From Collinsella sp. (GTDB lineage: Bacteria > Actinomycetota > Coriobacteriia > Coriobacteriales > Coriobacteriaceae), in the NCBI GenBank assembly GCA_014871605.1, contig WGSQ01000001.1, forward strand, positions 1-39,376: 39,376 bases of DNA, given 5' to 3'. Shown here one piece after another: positions 19,892 to 28,336 of this stretch. A program made the position numbers and the translations under genes. Under the pieces are notes generated by a model. It saw only the letters and a program-made list of their open reading frames with translations, made no database searches and was not told the DNA's origin. Each line of letters begins with the position of its first letter. Within the stretch, counting starts at the first letter, position 1.

Positions 19892-21592
19892 CTACTTCTT
19901 CCGATATCGGCGGTTACGGCTCGTCGATGAACCCATTACTTCGATGAGCCCTTTATCCGCCATTTTTGGCAGATGGTAACGGACGGACGAAATTTTGACC
20001 CCCGATGCAACCGCTATTTCTCGCGCCGTCATATCCACTTCGGCGCTGAGAGCCTCCAGGATCCTATCCGCCGTCGAAGTTGACGACTCTCTGTTCATAT
20101 CGATAATTTCAAACGTGTCATTGCCGCATTTTGACAGGACATGTTTATCCACAAGGTCCCCGCAGATCAGGCGAATGTCATCCGAATCCCACTTCAGGGC
20201 CTCTCGTATTTTTTGAACATCGCATACGCACCCATGCTCCCGCATAAACATGAGCAATGTTTCCTCGCGATCTGTCAGCTCGGTGCCCACATGGCTCTGA
20301 ATCCACGTGCGGTTTTCAGCAAGCTCCGCCCCGTGCCGGGAAAGCAGCACCGTAAACGAATCGGCCTTAACGATAAATTTCGGCCTGCCAAGCGAACGAG
20401 ACTCCATCTCGCGAATCATAGCCGGGATACCAGATCCCTGGCTTTCCGCAACGGCCCCCTCGGCATGCTCTAACGGCGTCGCCCCCATTAGGCTCATAAG
20501 CTTTGGATTTCGGCAGCGCGATTCCCCATCTGCAAGATTGTCCACCGTCTTTCCGCCCCAAAGCCCGCCAGGGTTTTTGATCTCTATTCTGTCTGGATAG
20601 ATATCGACACTCACGGCCTGCCCCACAAACATGGGCGAATATTCTCGATGGATGCAGGCATTTGCCAAGGCCTCGCGCAAAACCTCCTGGGGAACTTCCC
20701 AATCCTCCCTTCTGCCAGCGCCTTGCACTATCGCCGCTTTGCGCAAGTTTCGTCCAATCGCGGCAAGAGCATCTTCGATGCAGGCCGGAATCGGGCCATC
20801 GCACAACTGGCGGTCAATAAACCGGGGTTGCCCGGGCGCAGATTTTTCCACATCGGAATGAACGGCGACATCGATTATCAGTTTGGGATAGAACTGCTGG
20901 GGGTAAATTCCCGCCGACAGAAGCCCTGCGAGCTTCACGGCACCATCCTTTGTAGTGATATTGAGTCTGACCAGCTGCTTTTCCAGCGTATCGGCCCCGC
21001 GCAAAACGCGCGGGGTCTGCAGCCGGCGATTTGCGATAATAGACCGCACGACATCTGGATCCAAATCCTCGACTGTTGCCTCCGAAACCACCGTGCCGTC
21101 TGCATCGCTCGGAAGCAACGCACTCTGCAGCTCATATAGCTCAGCGGGTGACATCTTGATATCTTTATCATCCACGCGCTTGTAGCTACCGTTCTGCACG
21201 CCGCGCGCGCCGATATAGCAAGGCTTCGCTTTAAGCTCAAGTTCAAAGATGCGCACCAGAAGCACCTGGAGCCCGTCGACCTCGCCTCGATCAAGCTCGT
21301 ACCGCGGCGCATGGGTCACCACTGCCGCCGAGCCCCCGTCTCCGATACCCGAAACAAACTGATCGCGTACCCTATCGATAGCAAAGTTAGCCGAAGGAAC
21401 AAATCCTTCGGCTTCGTTCAGGCCCAAAATAATGAGCCCACCCGCAGTGTTCGCAAAAGCGCTCACTGTCTCCCATACGTCTGCGCTCAATTTACTCGTG
21501 CAGGCTTTAACTTCTACCGATGCGTCATCAGTCCCCCGCCTGCGAAGGCGCTCAACGATAAGGCCAAGAGGTTCATCCAGCAGCATTGGCAT
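19892..21592 (-). CDS. Schlafen/AlbA_2-like domain + HATPase_c_4-like domain + wHTH protein
   Basis: VEVK..WETVSAFANTAGGLIILG (AlbA_2-like); LREALANACIHREY, IEIKNPGGL, RNPKL, GSGIP (HATPase_c_4-like); C-terminal MTAREIA..G..SSVRYHL wHTH. Confidence 0.82.
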   Translation of the reverse strand: MPMLLDEPLGLIVERLRRRGTDDASVEVKACTSKLSADVWETVSAFANTAGGLIILGLNEAEGFVPSANFAIDRVRDQFVSGIGDGGSAAVVTHAPRYELDRGEVDGLQVLLVRIFELELKAKPCYIGARGVQNGSYKRVDDKDIKMSPAELYELQSALLPSDADGTVVSEATVEDLDPDVVRSIIANRRLQTPRVLRGADTLEKQLVRLNITTKDGAVKLAGLLSAGIYPQQFYPKLIIDVAVHSDVEKSAPGQPRFIDRQLCDGPIPACIEDALAAIGRNLRKAAIVQGAGRREDWEVPQEVLREALANACIHREYSPMFVGQAVSVDIYPDRIEIKNPGGLWGGKTVDNLADGESRCRNPKLMSLMGATPLEHAEGAVAESQGSGIPAMIREMESRSLGRPKFIVKADSFTVLLSRHGAELAENRTWIQSHVGTELTDREETLLMFMREHGCVCDVQKIREALKWDSDDIRLICGDLVDKHVLSKCGNDTFEIIDMNRESSTSTADRILEALSAEVDMTAREIAVASGVKISSVRYHLPKMADKGLIEVMGSSTSRNRRYRKK

Positions 21593-21596
21593 TCCG

Positions 21597-21756
21597 TCTC
21601 TCTAAAACGATAGATTTATCTCTCTAAAGTATAGTATATCTCTCTAACTTTAGAGAGATAAGCATCTTTTTTTAGAGAGATAAACTGAATTCGCTGGTAG
21701 ATTAACTAAGGCTGTCTATCTAACCGGCCTCCTCTTTAGAGAGACATTTAGAGAGA
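21597..21756. repeat. Seven copies of the 9-bp motif TCTCTCTAA / TTAGAGAGA
   Basis: Forward copies start at 21597, 21619, 21639; reverse copies at 21650, 21672, 21736, 21748. Confidence 0.8.
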
Positions 21757-21792
21757 CGTGCGCGACCTCTATAAGCACGGGCTCCACTCTTT

Positions 21793-21845
21793 AACCTGCC
21801 AAAAAGGGACAGGTTTATTTTGGCAGGTTTTATCTGGGGAAACGC
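21793..21845 (+). repeat. REP-like long element, copy C
   Basis: 12-bp stem AACCTGCCAAAA/TTTTGGCAGGTT around AGGGACAGGTTTA, plus tail TTATCTGGGGAAACGC. Confidence 0.85.
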
Positions 21846-21924
21846 AAATAGGGCCGTGACACCCATACGGCGTCGCGGCCCTTTTCCTTGGAGAAGGATC
21901 AATTGATTGAACGGGATGACCGTT

Positions 21925-22377
21925 CTAGTCTTCGAGTCCGCTATTGATGAGCTCCGCAATCTCAACGGGATCGGTGCTCGCGCGCACCTTGTCACGGAAG
22001 CCGGCGTCCATCAGCATCACGGCAGCCTTGGAGAGCAAGCGCAGGTGCGTGGTTCCTGCCTCGCCGGCAGGCACGTACAGCGCGAGCGCAACATCGACGG
22101 GCACACCATCGAAGCTCGGCCATTCAACGGGCTCGACCAGCTTAAGCACGGCAACGCCCGGCGTGTGGATAGCATCGCTTTTGGCATGTGGAACGGCAAA
22201 ACCGGCGACAAGGCCAGTCTCGGCCTCGTTCTCGCGAGCCATGAAGGCAGTCTCTACGGCAGATGCGTCGTCAGCAAAGCCGAGCTCGACGGCCTGATCG
22301 GACAAATAATGCAGGGCATCCTCGCGCGAGGCGGCGGTATACCCTATCGTCACTTGGTTGGCAGATACAAATCCCAT
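21925..22377 (-). CDS. PTS fructose-family EIIA component
   Basis: ARENEAETG..FAVPHAKS (phospho-His), HLRLLSK. Confidence 0.9.
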   Translation of the reverse strand: MGFVSANQVTIGYTAASREDALHYLSDQAVELGFADDASAVETAFMARENEAETGLVAGFAVPHAKSDAIHTPGVAVLKLVEPVEWPSFDGVPVDVALALYVPAGEAGTTHLRLLSKAAVMLMDAGFRDKVRASTDPVEIAELINSGLED

Positions 22378-22388
22378 GGAAACCTTCC

Positions 22389-23327
22389 TTACAACACAGA
22401 CCTGACCGCAACTTCGATGCCGTCGGCGTCCAAACCGTACTTGTGCAGCAAATCGACCGCAGGGCCGGACTCGCCATACACATCGCGCACGCCGACGCGA
22501 CGCATCGGCACCGGATACTGCTCCGCTAGCACCGAGGCAACGGCCTCGCCAAGACCGCCGATAATCGAATGCTCCTCGGCAGTGACCACGCGACCGGTCT
22601 TCTTGGCGCTGGCTACAACCAGGCGTTCGTCGAGCGGCTTGATCGTATGCATGTTGATGACCTCGGCATCGATGCCATCGGCAGCGAGCGCCTCGGCAGC
22701 CTCAAGCGCCTCGGCGACCATAAGGCCACAAGCGATGATGGTCACATCGGACCCCTCGCGCACGACCACGCCGCGACCAATCTTGAACTCATAGTCCTCG
22801 CAGTCGTTGATGACCGGTGTTGCCAGGCGGCCGAAGCGCATGTAAACCGGGCCCTCAAACTCATAGGCGGCGCGCACACAGGCACGAGCCTCGACGTCGT
22901 CGGCGGGAACGACCACCGTCATACCCGGAATCGTGCGCATGAGTGCGATATCCTCGCAGCACTGGTGCGTGGCGCCGTCCTCGCCCACCGAAATGCCGGC
23001 ATGAGTAGCGCCAATCTTGACGTTGAGGTGCGGGTAGCCGATGGAATTGCGGACCTGCTCGTAGGCGCGACCGGCGGCAAACATCGCAAAGGTGCTCGCA
23101 AAAGCAACGCGGCCCGTGGTCGCGATGCCGGCGGCAAGACCCATCAGGTTGCTCTCGGCAATGCCGGCGTCGCAGAAGCGCTCAGGGTGCGCAGCCTTAA
23201 ACTTACCGGTCTGCGTGGCGGCGGCCAGGTCGGCATCGAGAACCACAAAGTCATCGCGCTCATTGCCCAGCTCGACAAGTGCCTCGCCATAGCTAACGCG
23301 CGTGGCGACTTTCTTGACGTCTGCCAT
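22389..23327 (-). CDS. tkt: Transketolase, C-terminal subunit (pyrimidine-binding and C-terminal domains)
   Basis: LDADL, GIAESN, GEDGATHQ, PVYMRFGR, EEHSIIGGLG. TAATG coupling with the upstream gene. Confidence 0.93.
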   Translation of the reverse strand: MADVKKVATRVSYGEALVELGNERDDFVVLDADLAAATQTGKFKAAHPERFCDAGIAESNLMGLAAGIATTGRVAFASTFAMFAAGRAYEQVRNSIGYPHLNVKIGATHAGISVGEDGATHQCCEDIALMRTIPGMTVVVPADDVEARACVRAAYEFEGPVYMRFGRLATPVINDCEDYEFKIGRGVVVREGSDVTIIACGLMVAEALEAAEALAADGIDAEVINMHTIKPLDERLVVASAKKTGRVVTAEEHSIIGGLGEAVASVLAEQYPVPMRRVGVRDVYGESGPAVDLLHKYGLDADGIEVAVRSVL

Positions 23328-24157
23328 TAGAGCTCCTCCCCTGCTGCTGCGAGCTCGGCCATGGCCTGCTCAAACTGTTCATCGTTGGGTGCCTTGCCGT
23401 GCCAGCCCACCTGGTTTTCCATAAAGGAGACGCCCTTGCCCTTCACCGTCTCGGCGATAATGGCCACGGGCGAGTCGCTCACTTTGCGGGCCTCGGCAAA
23501 GGCGGCGGCAATCTGCGCCATGTCGTTACCGTCGGCGAGCTCGATCACATGCCACTTAAAGGCGCGGAACTTGTCAGCGAGCGGCATGGCCGAGTTGACT
23601 TCATCGATCGTGCCGTCAATCTGCAAGCCGTTGTGGTCGACGACGGCAACAAGATTGTCGAGCGCATGGTTGCCGGCGAACATGGCCGCCTCCCACACCT
23701 GGCCTTCCTCGCACTCACCGTCGCCCAGCAACGTGTAGACACGGTAGCCGTCGCCCCAGTGCTTAGCGGCAAGCGCCATTCCAACTGCAGCAGAGATGCC
23801 CTGACCGAGCGATCCGGTGGACATATCGATGCCAGGGGCGTCGTTCATGTTGGGATGGCCCTGCAGTCGGCTGCCAATATGACGGAGCGTCTCGAGCTCT
23901 TCGACGGGAAAATAGCCGCGATTTGCCAACACCGAATACAGGCCCGGCGCCGCGTGACCCTTGGAGAGCACAAAGCGATCGCGATCGGCCTTGTGAGGGG
24001 CGGCAGGATCGATATTCATTTCCTCAAAGTACAGATACGTCATGATGTCGGCAGCACCGAGCGATCCACCCGGGTGTCCCGACTTGGCCGCGTGAACCGC
24101 AGTCACGACACCCTTCCTGACCTCATTGGCGACCTTCGCCAGCTCCTGGTTGGTCAT
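23327..24157 (-). CDS. tkt: Transketolase, N-terminal (TPP-binding) subunit
   Basis: SGHPGGSL, RDRFVLSKGH, LQGHP, STGSLGQG, TPP motif GDGECEEG..N. Start at MTNQEL. Confidence 0.93.
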   Translation of the reverse strand: MTNQELAKVANEVRKGVVTAVHAAKSGHPGGSLGAADIMTYLYFEEMNIDPAAPHKADRDRFVLSKGHAAPGLYSVLANRGYFPVEELETLRHIGSRLQGHPNMNDAPGIDMSTGSLGQGISAAVGMALAAKHWGDGYRVYTLLGDGECEEGQVWEAAMFAGNHALDNLVAVVDHNGLQIDGTIDEVNSAMPLADKFRAFKWHVIELADGNDMAQIAAAFAEARKVSDSPVAIIAETVKGKGVSFMENQVGWHGKAPNDEQFEQAMAELAAAGEEL

Positions 24158-24220
24158 ACGAATTCCTCTCTTGAGAACAACCCCGGCACCGGATGACGCG
24201 ATGCCGGGGCAATCCACTCG

Positions 24221-24904
24221 TTAAGCCTGAGCGACGACCTTCTGCCAGTCAGCCTCAAAAGAGGCGAGGCCCTGGTCGGTCAGCGGATGATGCAGGCACT
24301 TCTTGAGAGCGGCCATGGGCACGGTCGCAATATCGGCACCGAGTAGCGCGGCCTGGGTCACGTGGTTGGGCGTACGAACCGAGGCGGTGATGATCTCGAC
24401 GGTGTCGTCGACGTTCTTGCCCGTCCAGTCGTAGTTCTTAATGCAGGTCACGACGTTGTCGAGCTGCGAGATACCGTCCTCGGCGATGTCATCGAAACGA
24501 CCGACAAACGGGCTGATGTAGCGAGCACCGGCATTGGCGGCCATAAGGGCCTGCGTCGGCGAGAAGACGAGCGTCATGTTGACGCGCACGCCAGCATCGG
24601 CCAGTGCACGGCAGGCGGCAAGGCCGGCCTCGCACACGGGAAGCTTGACCACGATGTTGGGGGCGAGGGCGGCAAGGCGCTTGCCCTCCTCGATCATACC
24701 CTCGGCAGTGGTAGCGGTAGACTCGGCGGAAACGGGCAGGCCCTCGCAGAGCTCGGCAATCTTGAGCATATGCGGCTCAAAGTCGGCAAGCTTGCCGCCG
24801 GTCTTGGCGTACAGGGACGGGTTGGTGGTAACACCGGCCAGGCAGCCCCAGCTCTTGGCCTCGGCGATCTCGTCCAGATTGGCAGTATCGATAAAGAACT
24901 TCAT
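24221..24904 (-). CDS. tal: Short (MipB/TalC-type) transaldolase
   Basis: FFIDTA, GVTTNPS, VVKLP (Schiff-base Lys), NMTLVFS. VSAE and SPFVGR carry Glu/Phe, which favours transaldolase over FSA (Gln/Tyr). Confidence 0.88.
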   Translation of the reverse strand: MKFFIDTANLDEIAEAKSWGCLAGVTTNPSLYAKTGGKLADFEPHMLKIAELCEGLPVSAESTATTAEGMIEEGKRLAALAPNIVVKLPVCEAGLAACRALADAGVRVNMTLVFSPTQALMAANAGARYISPFVGRFDDIAEDGISQLDNVVTCIKNYDWTGKNVDDTVEIITASVRTPNHVTQAALLGADIATVPMAALKKCLHHPLTDQGLASFEADWQKVVAQA

Positions 24905-25029
24905 GGTGCAAACTCCTTCGAAGGAATCCAAAACTCAAAAAATAGGACAAAGGGGATGTCCCTTTGTCCTATGTGCCGGGCCTGCGGCTGGGACATGCCC
25001 CAGGCCCGGCGTCGTGTAGGAAAAGCTAC

Positions 25030-26304
25030 TTAGTCCTCGAGAGCCTTCTCGATGCGGCTCGTGACGCCCTTGAGGTTAAGACCGACGACGTACTGCTTGA
25101 TCGGGCGCTTGATGTGCTCGATCACAAAGCGCTTGCCGTCGATGTCCTGGGCAGCGAGGTTGCGATAGAGCTTCTCGACCTGCTCCTTGACCTCGGGATC
25201 GTTGAACGCATAGTGGCCGGAGACATCTAGGATCTTCAGGCTGAGCTCATCGTCGGCAAGGATGTCATCGACCTGCAGGTTGACGTCGTCGCCAGTCATC
25301 CACTTGCGCCAGCGCTCGGTCTTGATAGCCTTGACCAGCAGCGTGTGATACAGGTCGGAGGGGTCATCGCACAGACCGTTGTCGACCAGGATCTGCTCGG
25401 TGGCGCAGAGCTTGAGGTAGGCGCGGGTCTCCTCGGTGCCATACTGCGGAGCGACGTTGGAGGCGGTCACGTGTGCCGGGATGTGCTCGAGCAGCGTCGC
25501 GTCGTCCAGATAGTCGGCGTTGTGCTCCTTCAGGCCCACGCCATAGCGCTTGGCCATATCGGCAAGCTCGCGGGCGTTCTTGAAGTTGTAGTGACCGACC
25601 TGCTCCGTCCAGCGGGTAAGGGTGCCGGTCTGGCCGACGATAAAGGTGGGCATGGGGCAGCCGCGCTTCTCGAGCTCGGGCTGCAGCTGAGAAATGAACT
25701 CCTCGTACTTATCGGTAGAGGTCAAGCCGCCATTGGTCTCCTCGGTACCGACCTCATAGGCGACCTCGGGCAGGTTATGCTCGCGACGGTACTGCTCAAG
25801 GTAGTCGATAAGATCGATCGTGCGGCGAAGCACCACGTCGAGCGGAATAACCTTGCCGATCTGATAGGGGTCCTTGGTGGGGTCGACCATCAGCAGGTCA
25901 AAGCCCGCCTCCATGTCGGCGACGAAGGACTTGCGGGCGAGCTCCATGGCCTCGTCCTCGGGCAGGTGGGCGTTACGCTCCTCGTCGCGCTGCCACGGAC
26001 CGCCGTGATCGCGGCACAGGTAGTACGGACCGGTGTAACCCACCTCGTCGGCAACCTTCTTGATGTCGGCGGCAAAGCGCGTCTGGTCCCAACCGTTGAC
26101 GTAGCCGGCGCCCATCTCGTCCATATCGACCTGGTTGCGGCTGGCGATAAACATGGGCGGGAAATCCTCGTCCTTGGCAAGCTCGAACACGGCCTGAATC
26201 AGGTTGGGGCTCATGGGGCCAATGCCGACCATGGTTGCGTGATCGCCGCTATCCTGCAGCTTGAGCATGCCCTGAACGGCCTGACGGATGGTGAGGTTGG
26301 ACAT
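25030..26304 (-). CDS. GatZ/KbaZ-family protein (putative ketose-phosphate C4-epimerase)
   Basis: IASRNQVD..GY, RDHGGPW, AGFDLLMVD, YEVGTEE, KEHNADY, NVAPQ. AGGAG RBS. Confidence 0.8.
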   Translation of the reverse strand: MSNLTIRQAVQGMLKLQDSGDHATMVGIGPMSPNLIQAVFELAKDEDFPPMFIASRNQVDMDEMGAGYVNGWDQTRFAADIKKVADEVGYTGPYYLCRDHGGPWQRDEERNAHLPEDEAMELARKSFVADMEAGFDLLMVDPTKDPYQIGKVIPLDVVLRRTIDLIDYLEQYRREHNLPEVAYEVGTEETNGGLTSTDKYEEFISQLQPELEKRGCPMPTFIVGQTGTLTRWTEQVGHYNFKNARELADMAKRYGVGLKEHNADYLDDATLLEHIPAHVTASNVAPQYGTEETRAYLKLCATEQILVDNGLCDDPSDLYHTLLVKAIKTERWRKWMTGDDVNLQVDDILADDELSLKILDVSGHYAFNDPEVKEQVEKLYRNLAAQDIDGKRFVIEHIKRPIKQYVVGLNLKGVTSRIEKALED

Positions 26305-26448
26305 TTTGTTCTCCTTCTCCAGAGGATTTTTGACAAAAGTTCCCTGGGACCCAGATGTGGGCCCTATCAGTACGGATGGATTTTGTTGTGTAGGGGCGGT
26401 TGTGCGGAGTCAAATCCATCCCTCCGCACAACCGGAGTCCTTAAAGGT

Positions 26449-27921
26449 TTACTTGGCCTGCTTATCGAGCGTGGGCTTCATGGCAATCAGGATTGCAGCG
26501 GCGACCACGGCGCCAATCACGATGTCCAGGCAGAACAGCGCGACGTTGTTGGTGGCAAGGGCGACGATAAAGCCACCGTGCGGGACGTAGCAGTCGATGC
26601 CCTGGAAGGCGGCAAGTGCCGCACCCACGGCAGAGCCGATGCAAATGCCGGGCAGGGTGTGACCGAGGTCCTTGACCGCGAAGGGGATAGCGCCCTCGGT
26701 AATACCGATGCAGCCCATGAACAGCGCGGAGATGCCCATCTGGCGGTCAGCGTCATCGAACTTGTTCTTGGCGATGAGCGCAGCGAGGCCACAGGCGATC
26801 GGGGGAACGGCGACGGCGACGCGGAACATACCGTTAGGACCGTAGATACCGGAGGCCATGATGGCCATGGTGAAGGTCGAGGCGGTCTTGTTGATGGGGC
26901 CACCCATATCGAACGCGGTCATAACGCCAATGACCAGACCCAGGACAACTGCGGAACCGCCCTGCAGGCTGCCGAGCACGCCGGTGAGCCAGTCCATCAC
27001 AAAGCCAAGCGGCGTGGCCAGGATGTAGATATAGGCCATGCCCAGGACAAGCGAGGTCAGAATCGGGATGATCAGGATGGGCATGATGGTCTGGATGGTG
27101 TTGTTGACCTTCCAGGTCTTCATCCAGCGGACAAAGTAGCCGCAGATGACCGCCATGATCATGGCGCCCAAGAAGCCGGTCGAAACGCTGTTGCCGTTAG
27201 GGGTAACGACTGCGTTATTGACCAGGTAGCCCAGGACAAAACCGGGGGCGAGCGCGGGCTTGCCGGCCATCGAGTAGGAGATGTATGCCGCAAGCACCGG
27301 GATCATCATGGAGATGCCGGCCATGCCGATGGTGTTAAGGCTCACCATCAGCGGGTTCGTAACCTCCATGCCGTTGGCGCCGGCGGTACCGGATGCCAGC
27401 GAGAAGGCAAGAAACACGCCGCCGATAACGACAATGGGGATAAAATAGGAAACGCCGGTATTGAATGCATTGAGCAGCGTCTTGCCAGGATCGGCAAAGA
27501 TAGACTGCTTGGACGCCGGTGTCGGGGCCTGCGGGGCAGCGGAGACGGCCTTCTTCTCTGCCTTGGCCTCGGCCTTGGGCGCGTCAACGGCGCCACCCGT
27601 CGCCTTGATGATCTCAATGGCCTGGTCGATGATCTTTACCGGATCGGCGATTACATCAGAGGTGCCGACCTTCAGGAACTTGCCCTCGGCCATCTTCTGC
27701 TCAAAACGGTCCTCGTTCTCGACACCCACGTCGACGGACTCCAGGACCAGGTCGGCGGAGTCCACGTCTTCCTGCGTGAGCTCATTCTCGATACCCAGGC
27801 CACCCTGAGCCTCGACCTTGCACTCGATGCCACGGGCGGCGCATTCATCCTGAATCGCCTTCTGGGCCATATACGTGTGGGCGATACCCACAGTACAGGC
27901 GGCAACGCCTACGATCTTCAT
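26449..27921 (-). CDS. PTS fructose-family EIIBC component
   Basis: EIIB AACTVGIAHTYMA..KVEAQG; Ala/Pro/Lys-rich linker; EIIC GVSYFIP, FDMGGPINK, GITEGAIPFA, PHGG. Start at MKIVG. Confidence 0.93.
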   Translation of the reverse strand: MKIVGVAACTVGIAHTYMAQKAIQDECAARGIECKVEAQGGLGIENELTQEDVDSADLVLESVDVGVENEDRFEQKMAEGKFLKVGTSDVIADPVKIIDQAIEIIKATGGAVDAPKAEAKAEKKAVSAAPQAPTPASKQSIFADPGKTLLNAFNTGVSYFIPIVVIGGVFLAFSLASGTAGANGMEVTNPLMVSLNTIGMAGISMMIPVLAAYISYSMAGKPALAPGFVLGYLVNNAVVTPNGNSVSTGFLGAMIMAVICGYFVRWMKTWKVNNTIQTIMPILIIPILTSLVLGMAYIYILATPLGFVMDWLTGVLGSLQGGSAVVLGLVIGVMTAFDMGGPINKTASTFTMAIMASGIYGPNGMFRVAVAVPPIACGLAALIAKNKFDDADRQMGISALFMGCIGITEGAIPFAVKDLGHTLPGICIGSAVGAALAAFQGIDCYVPHGGFIVALATNNVALFCLDIVIGAVVAAAILIAMKPTLDKQAK

Positions 27922-28084
27922 TGCTTCCCTCTTTTCATAGAGTTGCGTGCGCAAGACACCGTTTGCGGAGGCCTCCGGAGCATCCCCTGCCGTTTGGACT
28001 TGCTGTCTTTTCGACAAGAACAATATAGGTGCTCGTTTTTCTTAATGCCAGCTTATTTCGGTAAACGCGCAGGTCAGAGCGTTG

Positions 28085-28111
28085 GTTATGCGATTTAGTT
28101 ATGCGTTTAAC
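28085..28111. promoter_or_regulatory. Tandem LacI-type operator candidates
   Basis: GTTATGCGTTTAAC (28098-28111; GTTA-N2-CG-N2-TAAC) and the overlapping GTTATGCGATTTAG, between the divergent PTS operon and lacI. Confidence 0.55.
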
Positions 28112-28336
28112 CAAAAATGAATCCTGCGATTTTGCCCTCGATTTCAAAAGTCAAGAAGTATTTGATTTTCTCGGTAGACGGCAGATGCGCATGCCGGTCA
28201 CAAATTTCGACCCCACCCGTATGCCGCATTTGTTGCATACTCATATGAAAGGAAAAAGCCGCTCACCGAAGCGTATCCTTCACCAAGACTCAAAGTCATC
28301 ATGTTGGAAAATGCTCATCTGTCGGAAGGAGTCGCT

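Noticed and set aside
19892..21592. RecG helicase label often given to this family
   Set aside because: No SF2 helicase motifs (no Walker A or DExH) are visible.
21597..21756. Possible CRISPR array or plasmid replication origin
   Set aside because: Repeats are only 9 bp, occur in both orientations with irregular spacing, and no cas or rep gene is nearby.
24221..24904. Fructose-6-phosphate aldolase (fsa) assignment
   Set aside because: The diagnostic positions appear to be Glu (VSAE) and Phe (SPFVGR), the transaldolase pattern. Judged by eye.
21925..27921. Standard fructose, galactitol or tagatose-bisphosphate operon
   Set aside because: No 1-phosphofructokinase, tagatose-6-P kinase, GatY/KbaY/LacD aldolase or polyol-phosphate dehydrogenase in the cluster. 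A tagatose-6-P epimerase route is still possible.
25345..28098. 917-aa + strand ORF, and similar long antisense ORFs (30475-32568, 5383-6792, 110-1231)
   Set aside because: Stop-free shadow frames of well-supported minus-strand genes, typical of high-GC codon usage. No motifs.
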